DNA from: Candidatus Auribacterota bacterium
GTDB lineage: Bacteria > Auribacterota > UBA6266
DNA length: 17,234 nucleotides
NCBI GenBank assembly: GCA_023136205.1
Contig: JAGLRQ010000132.1
Coordinates: forward strand, 1 to 17,234
Direction: 5' to 3'
Below the pieces are notes generated by a model, which had not been told where the DNA came from, ran no database searches, and was given only the letters and a program-made list of their open reading frames with translations. The position numbers and the translations under genes are program-made. Shown piece after piece: positions 9,841 to 17,234 of this stretch; within the stretch, counting starts at the first letter, position 1; each line of letters begins with the position of its first letter.

Positions 9841-11328
9841 TCAGCTCCTGTAATTAGGAGCTTCCTTAATTATCTTTACCTCATGAGGATGAGCTTCTTT
9901 TACCCCCGCGGAAGTAACTCTTATCATCTTTGCTTTTTTCTGCAGCTGCCGTATGTTCCGGGAACCGTTATATCCCAACGAAGACCTTAAACCACCGGTA
10001 AACTGTAAGATAACTTGTTCAATTGAGCCGGCATATGGAACCAATCCCTCAACACCCTCGGGAACCAGTTTGTCTGAATCCATAATATCATTCTGCGCAT
10101 ATCTTTCCCGGCTTCCGGCAGCAGCTTTCATGGCTTCTATACTACCCATTCCCCTGTAAACAACATATTGCCTTCCTTCATGTATTATTTTCTCGCCGGG
10201 GCTCTCCGCTGTACCGGCAAGAACAGAGCCCATCATAACACATGAAGCTCCAACCGCCAGCGCCTTGGGTACATCACCGGAATTCCTTATTCCACCATCA
10301 GCTACAATAGGAACAGTTCCCGCGGCCTTCGCGCAATCGTATATAGCAGTTATCTGGGGAACGCCAATTCCAGCTACTACTCGGGTAGTGCAGATTGAGC
10401 CCGGGCCAATACCAACTTTTATAGAATCCGCCCCGGCCTTTATTAAATCCTTAACAGCTTTACCCGTTCCAACATTTCCAGCCATAACATCCAACGAACT
10501 GTGCTTCTTTTTAATATATTTCACCATCTCGATTATACCCTTTGAATGCCCGTGAGCAGTATCAATTACAATCAGGTCAACATCACTCTTTGCAAGCATC
10601 TCCAAACGCTCATAGTTTTTAGGCCCAATAGCAGCTCCAACCATGAGACGATGTTCCTTATCCCTATTATACAACGGCTCCATATGCTCTATAATTGACT
10701 TCACATCACTAAAACTGTAAAGTCCCATCAGTTTACCGTTTTTAACAATAGGCAGCTTGCCAATACGGTTTTTCATCATTATTTCAAAAGCCTTATTTAT
10801 CGTGGTAGTATGCAGCGCTGAAAAAACATTTTTGGTCATTGCGTCTTTGATTTTACAATTCTTATCCTTTAAAAATTTAAAATCCCGCGCGGTTATAATA
10901 CCCTTTAAATTATTATCGTCATCAACTATTGGAAAACCGTTAAAGGAATAATCATAAACCTTTTTTGCCTCCATTATATCTTTTACCCGCTGATTTTGCT
11001 TGAAGGTAATAGGATCTGTTATCAGGCCGTTAAGATAATGCTTTACCATAATAACATTTTTTGATTGATCTTCAGGTGTAAGATTCTTATGAATTATACC
11101 CATACCGCCAATCTTAGCCATCGCAATGGCCATCCCTGCTTCTGTCACGGTATCCATGGCAGCGCTTATAAACGGGATATTAAGTTTTATATTCCTGGTA
11201 ATTTTTGTTTCAAGGCTCGTTTTAGATGGAAGAAAATCAGCATAATGAGGAATAAGTGAAACATCATCAAATGTAAGTCCCACATTTTTAAATTTATTCA
11301 TAAAACCTGTTATATTTTCCCCAATCAT
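9841..11328 (-). CDS. guaB: IMP dehydrogenase (with CBS pair)
   Basis: 495-aa [14 protein letters not shown], catalytic loop [20 protein letters not shown] and GGIRNSGD. The CBS insert is present. GGGGA lies 7 nt before the ATG. Confidence 0.96.
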   Translation of the reverse strand: MIGENITGFMNKFKNVGLTFDDVSLIPHYADFLPSKTSLETKITRNIKLNIPFISAAMDTVTEAGMAIAMAKIGGMGIIHKNLTPEDQSKNVIMVKHYLNGLITDPITFKQNQRVKDIMEAKKVYDYSFNGFPIVDDDNNLKGIITARDFKFLKDKNCKIKDAMTKNVFSALHTTTINKAFEIMMKNRIGKLPIVKNGKLMGLYSFSDVKSIIEHMEPLYNRDKEHRLMVGAAIGPKNYERLEMLAKSDVDLIVIDTAHGHSKGIIEMVKYIKKKHSSLDVMAGNVGTGKAVKDLIKAGADSIKVGIGPGSICTTRVVAGIGVPQITAIYDCAKAAGTVPIVADGGIRNSGDVPKALAVGASCVMMGSVLAGTAESPGEKIIHEGRQYVVYRGMGSIEAMKAAAGSRERYAQNDIMDSDKLVPEGVEGLVPYAGSIEQVILQFTGGLRSSLGYNGSRNIRQLQKKAKMIRVTSAGVKEAHPHEVKIIKEAPNYRS

Positions 11329-11331
11329 TTC

Positions 11332-12549
11332 TTAATCCCCTATCTTGTTTATTTCTTTTATCATTTCCTCACATTTTAAAATTTTACCCTTAATTTCTTC
11401 CTCTGAAGGAATATTTTTAGCAATTTTAAGAAAATCATTGTAATGCTTGAGAGCTCCCTCCCAATTTTCTGCCGAAAAATATATGTCACCGAGGCTAAGA
11501 TGGGCTCCCGGAACATTCGCGTTTATTGATAAAACCTTTTTGTAATAATCAACTGCTTCATCCATATTATTCTGTTTTTCTTTAATAACTCCCATCATAG
11601 AAAGAGCAGCAATGTCTTCCGGATCTTCTTTTAAAACAGTCATATATTGTTCTTCAGCCTTGTTAAACTCCAGGCGTTTAAAATACAATAAACCCAGACT
11701 AAAAAGTGCTTCTTTTAATCCAGGTTTTAGCTCTTTCGCCTTAAGCAAACACTTTTCTGCCTCGTTAAGATCATTTTTCTTTATATACGCCATTCCGAGG
11801 TATGAAAAGACGACAGCGTCTTCTTTCAAAGCAACTGCTTTCTTAAAAAACTCAATTGACTTATCAACATCATCCATCGCGTCATAAGTTACACCAAGGC
11901 TTGTATAAACTTTGTGCGAATCAGGGTAATACCCCAAAGCTTCATTAAAATATTTAAGAGCTCCTTCATTGTCTCTATTCCTGCGGCAAATCGTCCCCAA
12001 TTTCAAAAGGGATGACAAATCCTCAGGGTTTATTTTCAGAGCATCCTTGAAATATTTAGCAGCTTTATTCATCTGGCCTTTCTCATAACAAATAAAACCC
12101 AGGCCTTTTAAAGCATTAAAATTCTGAGAATTTATTCTTATAGATTCTTCGTACTGGGAACCAGCTGCTTCTAAGTTTGCAAGCCTCATGTAGGCACTTC
12201 CAAGATTGTAATAAGCATCTGAATAATATCTATGCTTTGGATATCTCACGCGCAGTGATTTTATTGCCCTTTTGAAATACTCTATGGATTTCTTGTATTG
12301 TTCATCGTTCGCGTAACACGCGGCTAGCCGGTAGAGGACAAGCCCATCTTCACACCCTTTATTGACCGCCTTTTCCAGGTAAGTCATAGCCTCATCCAGT
12401 CTCCAGGCCTCATACCTGTTAAACCCTTTTTCCACGTCAAGGTTCCATTCGGGGCTGGTTAAACCCTCTTTTTCATACAGCGCGTATTCACCAGCTGAAA
12501 CAAATCCCGAAAACAAAACAATTATTACGGCAACAACCAATTTTTTCAT
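11332..12549 (-). CDS. Secreted/periplasmic TPR repeat protein
   Basis: 405-aa ORF. Signal peptide MKKLVVAVIIVLFSGFVSA/GEY, then about 9-10 consecutive 34-residue TPR-like units (recurrent A-x-x-Y-F-x-K-A-L-x-I-N-P type patterns). Confidence 0.85.
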   Translation of the reverse strand: MKKLVVAVIIVLFSGFVSAGEYALYEKEGLTSPEWNLDVEKGFNRYEAWRLDEAMTYLEKAVNKGCEDGLVLYRLAACYANDEQYKKSIEYFKRAIKSLRVRYPKHRYYSDAYYNLGSAYMRLANLEAAGSQYEESIRINSQNFNALKGLGFICYEKGQMNKAAKYFKDALKINPEDLSSLLKLGTICRRNRDNEGALKYFNEALGYYPDSHKVYTSLGVTYDAMDDVDKSIEFFKKAVALKEDAVVFSYLGMAYIKKNDLNEAEKCLLKAKELKPGLKEALFSLGLLYFKRLEFNKAEEQYMTVLKEDPEDIAALSMMGVIKEKQNNMDEAVDYYKKVLSINANVPGAHLSLGDIYFSAENWEGALKHYNDFLKIAKNIPSEEEIKGKILKCEEMIKEINKIGD

Positions 12550-12935
12550 TTAAGATAGATACCCTTTATCTTTTCTGCTTTTTCTTTTGCCCGGGGAACC
12601 CAATCGTGCCCCGGATATTTTTTGCAGAACTCATTGTAAACTCTGTACGCATCCTTCCACCTCTTCTGTTTCCCATAGATGTTCGCAATTCTGAAAAGTG
12701 CTTCGTCGCTGGCATCGTAAAGGGGAAAATGCCTTCTTGCTTTTAGATAAGCGCTTAAAGCAATATCATACTTGAAAACCGCCATTGAAAAACCAGCGAG
12801 ATTATAAAGAGCAACAGGGGCCCACAAAGAATCTTTATATTCAACGGACACATACTCTACCCAATTCGCAAGCTGGTCGTAGAAAACAAACAAACTCACA
12901 ATAATCAGCATCAAGAATATTACTATTTTTTTCAT
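12546..12935 (-). CDS. Small N-terminally anchored TPR/YbgF-BamD-like protein
   Basis: 129-aa ORF. N-terminal hydrophobic helix MKKIVIFLMLIIVSLFVFY, then helical repeats with a ...FCKKYPGHDWVPRAKEKAEKI motif. ATGA overlap with the downstream TPR gene. Confidence 0.72.
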   Translation of the reverse strand: MKKIVIFLMLIIVSLFVFYDQLANWVEYVSVEYKDSLWAPVALYNLAGFSMAVFKYDIALSAYLKARRHFPLYDASDEALFRIANIYGKQKRWKDAYRVYNEFCKKYPGHDWVPRAKEKAEKIKGIYLK

Positions 12936-13020
12936 AATACATATTTCCTGATTTCGGCTATTCTACCACAATACCAAAAAAAACGTATAAAAATTTTTAA
13001 CCTATTATAGTTAAAACTCC

Positions 13021-13049
13021 TTGATTTTTGGACATTTTCGGGTTATAAC
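13021..13049 (+). promoter_or_regulatory. Possible promoter giving a near-leaderless ykgJ-like mRNA
   Basis: TTGATT (13021-13026), 17-nt spacer, TATAAC (13044-13049). The ATG at 13059 is only 9 nt after the -10 and has no SD. Confidence 0.35.
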
Positions 13050-13058
13050 TCTCCAGTT

Positions 13059-13403
13059 ATGCAGCCTAAAACTTTTAAATGTATGAAATGCGGCGAATGC
13101 TGCAGCTGGCGGGGATATGTTCACCTTACAAGAGAGGATATTACACGCCTTTCCGATTTTATAGAAATAACCGAGGGCGAATTCATAAATGCTTTCACGC
13201 GTATAACAGAAGACAGGCAGGGGCTAAGCCTCAATGAACGAGAAAACGGAGAATGCGTATTTCTAAGCGGTTCAATATGTTCTGTTTATAAAGCACGTCC
13301 CAAACAATGCAGAAACTTTCCCACAATATGGAGTATCGAAGGGGCAGAGGCGCTCTGCAAAGGACTTAAAAAAGAGATACCGGATACGAATTCAACAACC
13401 TAA
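13059..13403 (+). CDS. YkgJ-family cysteine-cluster protein (CxxCxxCC, UPF0153/PF03692-type)
   Basis: 114-aa ORF. N-terminal CMKCGECC motif and a C-terminal CVFL...CSVYKARPKQCRNFP segment, both typical of the family. Confidence 0.85.
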   Translation: MQPKTFKCMKCGECCSWRGYVHLTREDITRLSDFIEITEGEFINAFTRITEDRQGLSLNERENGECVFLSGSICSVYKARPKQCRNFPTIWSIEGAEALCKGLKKEIPDTNSTT

Positions 13404-13419
13404 TAACTGAATAACTGTC

Positions 13420-14154
13420 TTATTGAAACAGACTCTGTCTTCCCACACCGACGTCAATATTTTGCTGAATGACCTCAACTCCGGGAACTATCTGAAGATC
13501 CTTATATTCTTCCTTAAACCATTCAATTAAGTCTTTGTCATGCTTGGAGCTGGTTTTCCTGTTTTTGGTAACAAGATTAACACTTATATAATCAAAATAA
13601 GAAAGCGCTATTGAAATATCGTGCCGAATGCTCTTTTGAGTCTGGCCTTTCATCCCTATAAGAAGCTTTATGGAATCAGTATACTTGATAACTTCTTTGG
13701 GGCCTGAGAATTCAATATCCTTCTTCAATACTTCTTTCCGTATCTTGTGGTCAAAGGTCTCAATCCCCACTTTAATTCTAATCTTGCAGTTAAAAAAACT
13801 TGTTATCTCTTTAAACCTTTTACGATAATTCCAGTTGGCTTCGACCATTAATTCTTCTATCCCTCTTCCTTCCACAACATCCTTAAGCATATGCCAAACC
13901 TGGACAGGAAAATCAAAGAAGGAGGCTGAATTTAATACTTCCAATCGGCGATAAACCCCTGTAATTTTACTAAATTCCTCTGCCGCGACTTTTACTATTT
14001 CCCCCTCATTTTTCGTATGCTCATGCGCGGAATCACAAAAAGCACACCCCTTGAATTCACAGGGAAAAGATTTTAGCAAAACTATTTCTCTTGGATATTT
14101 CCCTTCATAAATAGAATATCTTTTCATATTTTTTCCTGTTGTTATTATCTCCAT
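13420..14154 (-). CDS. Small radical-SAM-like protein with non-canonical CX4CX2C cluster motif
   Basis: 244-aa ORF. SFPCEFKGCAFCDS is CX4CX(Phe)C instead of CX3CX2C. Downstream core-like motifs are LEVLNSASFFD, VGIETFDHKIRKEVLKKDI and LLIGMKGQTQKSI. The start is ambiguous: AAGGAG abuts the ATG at 14154 with zero spacing, while the ATG at 14127 has AGGA 6 nt upstream. Confidence 0.62.
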   Translation of the reverse strand: MEIITTGKNMKRYSIYEGKYPREIVLLKSFPCEFKGCAFCDSAHEHTKNEGEIVKVAAEEFSKITGVYRRLEVLNSASFFDFPVQVWHMLKDVVEGRGIEELMVEANWNYRKRFKEITSFFNCKIRIKVGIETFDHKIRKEVLKKDIEFSGPKEVIKYTDSIKLLIGMKGQTQKSIRHDISIALSYFDYISVNLVTKNRKTSSKHDKDLIEWFKEEYKDLQIVPGVEVIQQNIDVGVGRQSLFQ

Positions 14155-14162
14155 CTCCTTAT

Positions 14163-14564
14163 TTATCTCTCCAGAGCAAGAGCAGTTTCTGCTACATAAC
14201 TGGAAATTATTTCTCTGTCTTTCTCTTTTATTTCCAAGAATTTTAATCCCAATCTATAGCCATTTTTCCCCTGTTCAGAATTATCTTTAGGTATCGTAGT
14301 TCTCCATATTACCTTTGCCAGAACAGAAATAGCGAAGAGCATATTTTTAGAGCGCTTAACAGGTTGATATAGATCCATTTTCAATTCGCCGCCGGGAATA
14401 ATATTTTCTTCTGTTTCAAACATTAATCCACCCGCGCTTATATCAGAGGCAACAGCCCTGGCTTTGGGATAAGAGCTCGAACCTGAAAGATATCTGATAA
14501 ATACATTATCTTTTACACGGGGAAATTTTCTTTTTTCTAAATTCTGAACGGTATCTTTCTTCAT
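14163..14564 (-). CDS. Single-domain PilZ protein (c-di-GMP receptor)
   Basis: 133-aa ORF. It has the RxxxR motif (KRKFPRV) and the DxSxxG motif (DISAGGL) at canonical spacing. AGGGGA lies 7 nt before the ATG. Confidence 0.85.
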   Translation of the reverse strand: MKKDTVQNLEKRKFPRVKDNVFIRYLSGSSSYPKARAVASDISAGGLMFETEENIIPGGELKMDLYQPVKRSKNMLFAISVLAKVIWRTTIPKDNSEQGKNGYRLGLKFLEIKEKDREIISSYVAETALALER

Positions 14565-14607
14565 TTATTCGTTCCCCTGGGTAATATCCGTACAATATAA
14601 TGGCTGT

Positions 14608-14635
14608 ATTGTAACAGACTTTTTAGGTTGTTCAA
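14608..14635 (-). promoter_or_regulatory. Sigma70-like promoter for PilZ operon
   Basis: Minus strand TTGAAC (14635-14630), 16-nt spacer, TACAAT (14613-14608). Confidence 0.4.
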
Positions 14636-14722
14636 GCTATTTTTTATGGAATATGCGGACAGTGATTGCCCCAAATAGCAATAATAAACCCGGTTAACCC
14701 ACATTTAAGCGCCAAGATTTCT

Positions 14723-14751
14723 TTGATAATAATTTGAAATTAATGTAATAT
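14723..14751 (+). promoter_or_regulatory. Sigma70-like promoter for the beta-CASP operon
   Basis: TTGATA (14723-14728), 17-nt spacer, TAATAT (14746-14751). Confidence 0.45.
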
Positions 14752-14796
14752 CTTATCGCTGAAGAATTGTTCAGGTTTAATTTTTGGAGGGCCATA

Positions 14797-16191
14797 TTGA
14801 AAATACATTTTTTAGGAGGAGTAAGATCTGTTACCGGTTCAAAACATCTTATAGAAGTAAACAATAAAAAGATTTTGTTAGAGTGCGGCCTTTATCAGGG
14901 GAAAAGAGAATCTTCCCATGATAAAAATAAACATATGCCTTTTGACCCCTCTTCTATTGACGCGGTAGTGCTGTCCCACGCGCATATCGACCACTGCGGC
15001 AACCTTCCCAGGTTATGTAAGCTGGGGTTTAAAGGAAGTATCTTTTCTACCCACGCAACCAGGGATCTTGCCAGCATTCTGCTTCAGGACAGTGCTTTTC
15101 TACAGGCCAAAGATATTGAATATGTTAACAAAAAAAGAAAAAAACGCGGGGAACGACCATATAAACCCCTTTACAATGTCGAAGAAGCTGAGAAGACAAT
15201 GCATCAGTTCGTTTCACTTGGTTACCATAAAGAACTTATCATTGCTGATGGAATCCATTTAAAATTTCATGACGCGGGACATATATTAGGTTCCGCGATT
15301 TCAGAGCTTACATTAAAAGAAAACGGCAAAAGCATAAAACTTGTATTCACCGGAGACCTGGGAAGAATAGATATGCCAATCCTGCGAGACAGGGAAATAG
15401 TCAAAGAAGCCCAGTATGTCCTGATTGAAACGACATATGGAGACAGAACACACGATTCAATAGATAATATTGAAAGTAAACTTTCCGAGGTTGTTAACCG
15501 CACATACAAACGCGGAGGCAAATTAATAATACCTTCATTTTCCGTGGGAAGAACTCAGCAAGTCGTATATTTTCTCAATCGACTGACTAAAAAGAACAAA
15601 ATCCCTAAACTCCCTATATTTGTGGACAGCCCATTGTCTGTAAACGCGACTGAAATATTCCGCCTGCATCCTGAATGTTACAACGAAGATACTTATCAGT
15701 ATATAACCAATCGCAAAAATCCTTTTGGTTTTTCAAACTGTGAATACATAAGAGATACGGAAAAATCAAAAAACCTGAACAAAATTAACAAGCCGTGCAT
15801 CATCATCAGCTCTTCGGGAATGTGTGAAGGCGGAAGAATACTCCACCATCTTAAAAACAATGTAGAAAATCCGAAAAACACTATTATGATGGTGGGATTC
15901 TGCGCGCGGAACACGCTTGGGAAAAAAATAATTGAAAAAGAACCAAAAATAAAAATATTCGGCGACGAATACCAGCTCAACGCCGAAGTCGTAATTCAAA
16001 ACGCGTTCAGCGCTCATGCCGACAAGAACGAATTGATGAAATACGCAAAAGATATAAATGAAACGGTAAAAAAGTTCTTCCTTGTTCATGGAGAAGAGTC
16101 TCAATCTCTTGCCTTTGCTGAACACCTGAAAGAGGCGGGAATAAAAGAAGCAGTTGTTCCATCCGAGGGAGAAAGTTATGAACTGGGGTGA
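14797..16191 (+). CDS. Metallo-beta-lactamase/beta-CASP family ribonuclease-like protein (COG1236 type)
   Basis: MBL motifs HAHIDHCG, HDAGHILGSA and TGDLG, plus beta-CASP motifs TYGDR, SAHAD and LVHGE. The preferred start is TTG at 14797 (LKIHFLGG), with GGAGG 6 nt upstream. The track ORF opens at an upstream in-frame TTG at 14767. Confidence 0.9.
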   Translation: MKIHFLGGVRSVTGSKHLIEVNNKKILLECGLYQGKRESSHDKNKHMPFDPSSIDAVVLSHAHIDHCGNLPRLCKLGFKGSIFSTHATRDLASILLQDSAFLQAKDIEYVNKKRKKRGERPYKPLYNVEEAEKTMHQFVSLGYHKELIIADGIHLKFHDAGHILGSAISELTLKENGKSIKLVFTGDLGRIDMPILRDREIVKEAQYVLIETTYGDRTHDSIDNIESKLSEVVNRTYKRGGKLIIPSFSVGRTQQVVYFLNRLTKKNKIPKLPIFVDSPLSVNATEIFRLHPECYNEDTYQYITNRKNPFGFSNCEYIRDTEKSKNLNKINKPCIIISSSGMCEGGRILHHLKNNVENPKNTIMMVGFCARNTLGKKIIEKEPKIKIFGDEYQLNAEVVIQNAFSAHADKNELMKYAKDINETVKKFFLVHGEESQSLAFAEHLKEAGIKEAVVPSEGESYELG

Positions 16192-17189
16192 AAAAAATGA
16201 AAAACAAAGAATCACTCTCACGGATACTAAAAATAAAGGACGAAAACATCCATCCTCTTAAGGGAGATGCCTCTGACAGAAAATATTTCCGAATAGAAAC
16301 ATCCAGGGGGGAAAGTATTGTGGCAATGGTTCAGGATTCTCCTTTTGACAAATCTCTCCCGTTTATTCAAACTCAGGCTTTCTTAAAAAGAAATTCCATT
16401 TCTGTTCCGGATATCATTGAAATCAATTACAGAGATGGTATCATTTTACTTTCCGACTGCGGAGATAACAGTCTTGGGGTAATTCTTGAAAAAGAAGGCT
16501 TTGAGAACTGTATTATGCCTTACGCGAAATGTATAGATGAGCTTTTTAAAATCCACTCACTTAAAGATGACGGCAAGAGCGGTGATATATTCAAACTGGC
16601 ATTTGACCATGACAAGCTCATGTGGGAACTCGAATTCTTCGTAAAACATACTCTCGAAGGATATTTTTCGATCAAACTAAATAAAAAAGACCTGCGGATT
16701 CTTCTTCAGCGCTTTTCTGATATATGCGGTATTCTCGAGAGAGAACCAAAGGTAGTAACTCACCGGGATTACCACAGCAGAAATATATTTCTAAAAGACG
16801 GGGAAATTCATGTTTTAGATTTCCAGGATGCCCGCCTCGGGCCCAGACAATACGACCTATGCTCACTGCTCAGAGATTCATATTTTTCACTCCCTGCCCA
16901 ATCCAGAGAAAGGCTTATCTACTATTACCTTGATAAAGCCTGCGTTCCCCTTTCTGATTTTACCCGCTTTTTCAAAATTTTTGACATTATGTCTTTTCAG
17001 AGAAACCTTAAAGCTGCCGGGACATTCGGTTACATGAGCGTGATAAAAAACAAAAAAACTTACGCAAAATATTTGCCCCGGACATTCAATTATATTTGGG
17101 AGTACTCTAGAAATCATGACGAACTCAAAGAAGCAGCGGAAATACTTAAAAAATACATTGGAATAAGGATTGAAAAATGCAGGCAATGA
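16188..17189 (+). CDS. amgK: Aminoglycoside-phosphotransferase-fold sugar kinase, AmgK-like (N-acetylmuramate/GlcNAc anomeric kinase)
   Basis: GDASDRKYFRI near the N-terminus, catalytic HRDYHSRNIF, and VLDFQDARLGPRQYDLCSLLRDSY. It is followed by an overlapping nucleotidyltransferase gene, as in amgK-murU pairs. GTG at 16188 overlaps the upstream stop (GTGA); ATG at 16197 is an alternative start. Confidence 0.72.
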   Translation: MKKMKNKESLSRILKIKDENIHPLKGDASDRKYFRIETSRGESIVAMVQDSPFDKSLPFIQTQAFLKRNSISVPDIIEINYRDGIILLSDCGDNSLGVILEKEGFENCIMPYAKCIDELFKIHSLKDDGKSGDIFKLAFDHDKLMWELEFFVKHTLEGYFSIKLNKKDLRILLQRFSDICGILEREPKVVTHRDYHSRNIFLKDGEIHVLDFQDARLGPRQYDLCSLLRDSYFSLPAQSRERLIYYYLDKACVPLSDFTRFFKIFDIMSFQRNLKAAGTFGYMSVIKNKKTYAKYLPRTFNYIWEYSRNHDELKEAAEILKKYIGIRIEKCRQ

Positions 17190-17234
17190 TACTCTCAGCC
17201 GGATACGGAACCAGGCTAAAGCCAATAACCAACT
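17177..17234 (+). CDS. murU: Sugar-1-phosphate nucleotidyltransferase N-terminus, probable MurU (partial)
   Basis: ATG at 17177 reads MQAMILSAGYGTRLKPITN, the G-x-G-T-R-L NTP-transferase signature. It overlaps the amgK-like stop by 13 nt and runs off the window. Confidence 0.6.
   Translation, partial: MQAMILSAGYGTRLKPITN

Noticed and set aside
15766-16249. Minus-strand ORFs 15766..16221, 15696..15980 and 16007..16249
   Set aside because: They are antisense to the well-supported beta-CASP and amgK-like genes. They are Phe-rich translations of the A-rich sense strand.
16887-17225. 112-aa minus-strand ORF
   Set aside because: It is antisense to the amgK-like 3' end and the murU start, with no supporting signals.

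Overview
AT-rich, gene-dense chromosomal segment from a diderm (Gram-negative-type) bacterium; no phylum can be assigned from the sequence alone. The minus strand carries a pyrG-carA-carB(partial) operon with overlapping genes. Next come a stand-alone tRNA-Gln(CUG) and an envelope cluster of lipoprotein, YfgM-like anchored TPR protein and a 543-aa beta-barrel porin-like protein. That porin gene has high-expression signals and a long leader. Further on, the minus strand carries a tightly coupled TPR-TPR-guaB-membrane protein string and a two-gene PilZ plus radical-SAM-like operon. The plus strand carries galE, a stand-alone homocysteine S-methyltransferase domain protein, a YkgJ-type CxxCxxCC protein, and an overlapping beta-CASP nuclease-amgK-murU(partial) string. 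I saw no CRISPR array, transposase, integrase, rRNA or recognisable defence or toxin-antitoxin module. The window is mostly housekeeping and envelope genes. The best candidates for something undescribed are two. One is the PilZ (c-di-GMP receptor) plus small radical-SAM-like protein with a non-canonical CX4CX2C motif, tail-to-tail with a YkgJ Cys-cluster protein. The other is the lipoprotein/anchored-TPR/major-barrel trio. Smaller signals: a terminator-like hairpin in the pyrG leader, a composite hairpin after the tRNA, a G9 tract inside a CDS, and a Cys-rich membrane protein overlapping a convergent gene. All family calls come from motif recognition by eye, and no searches were run.
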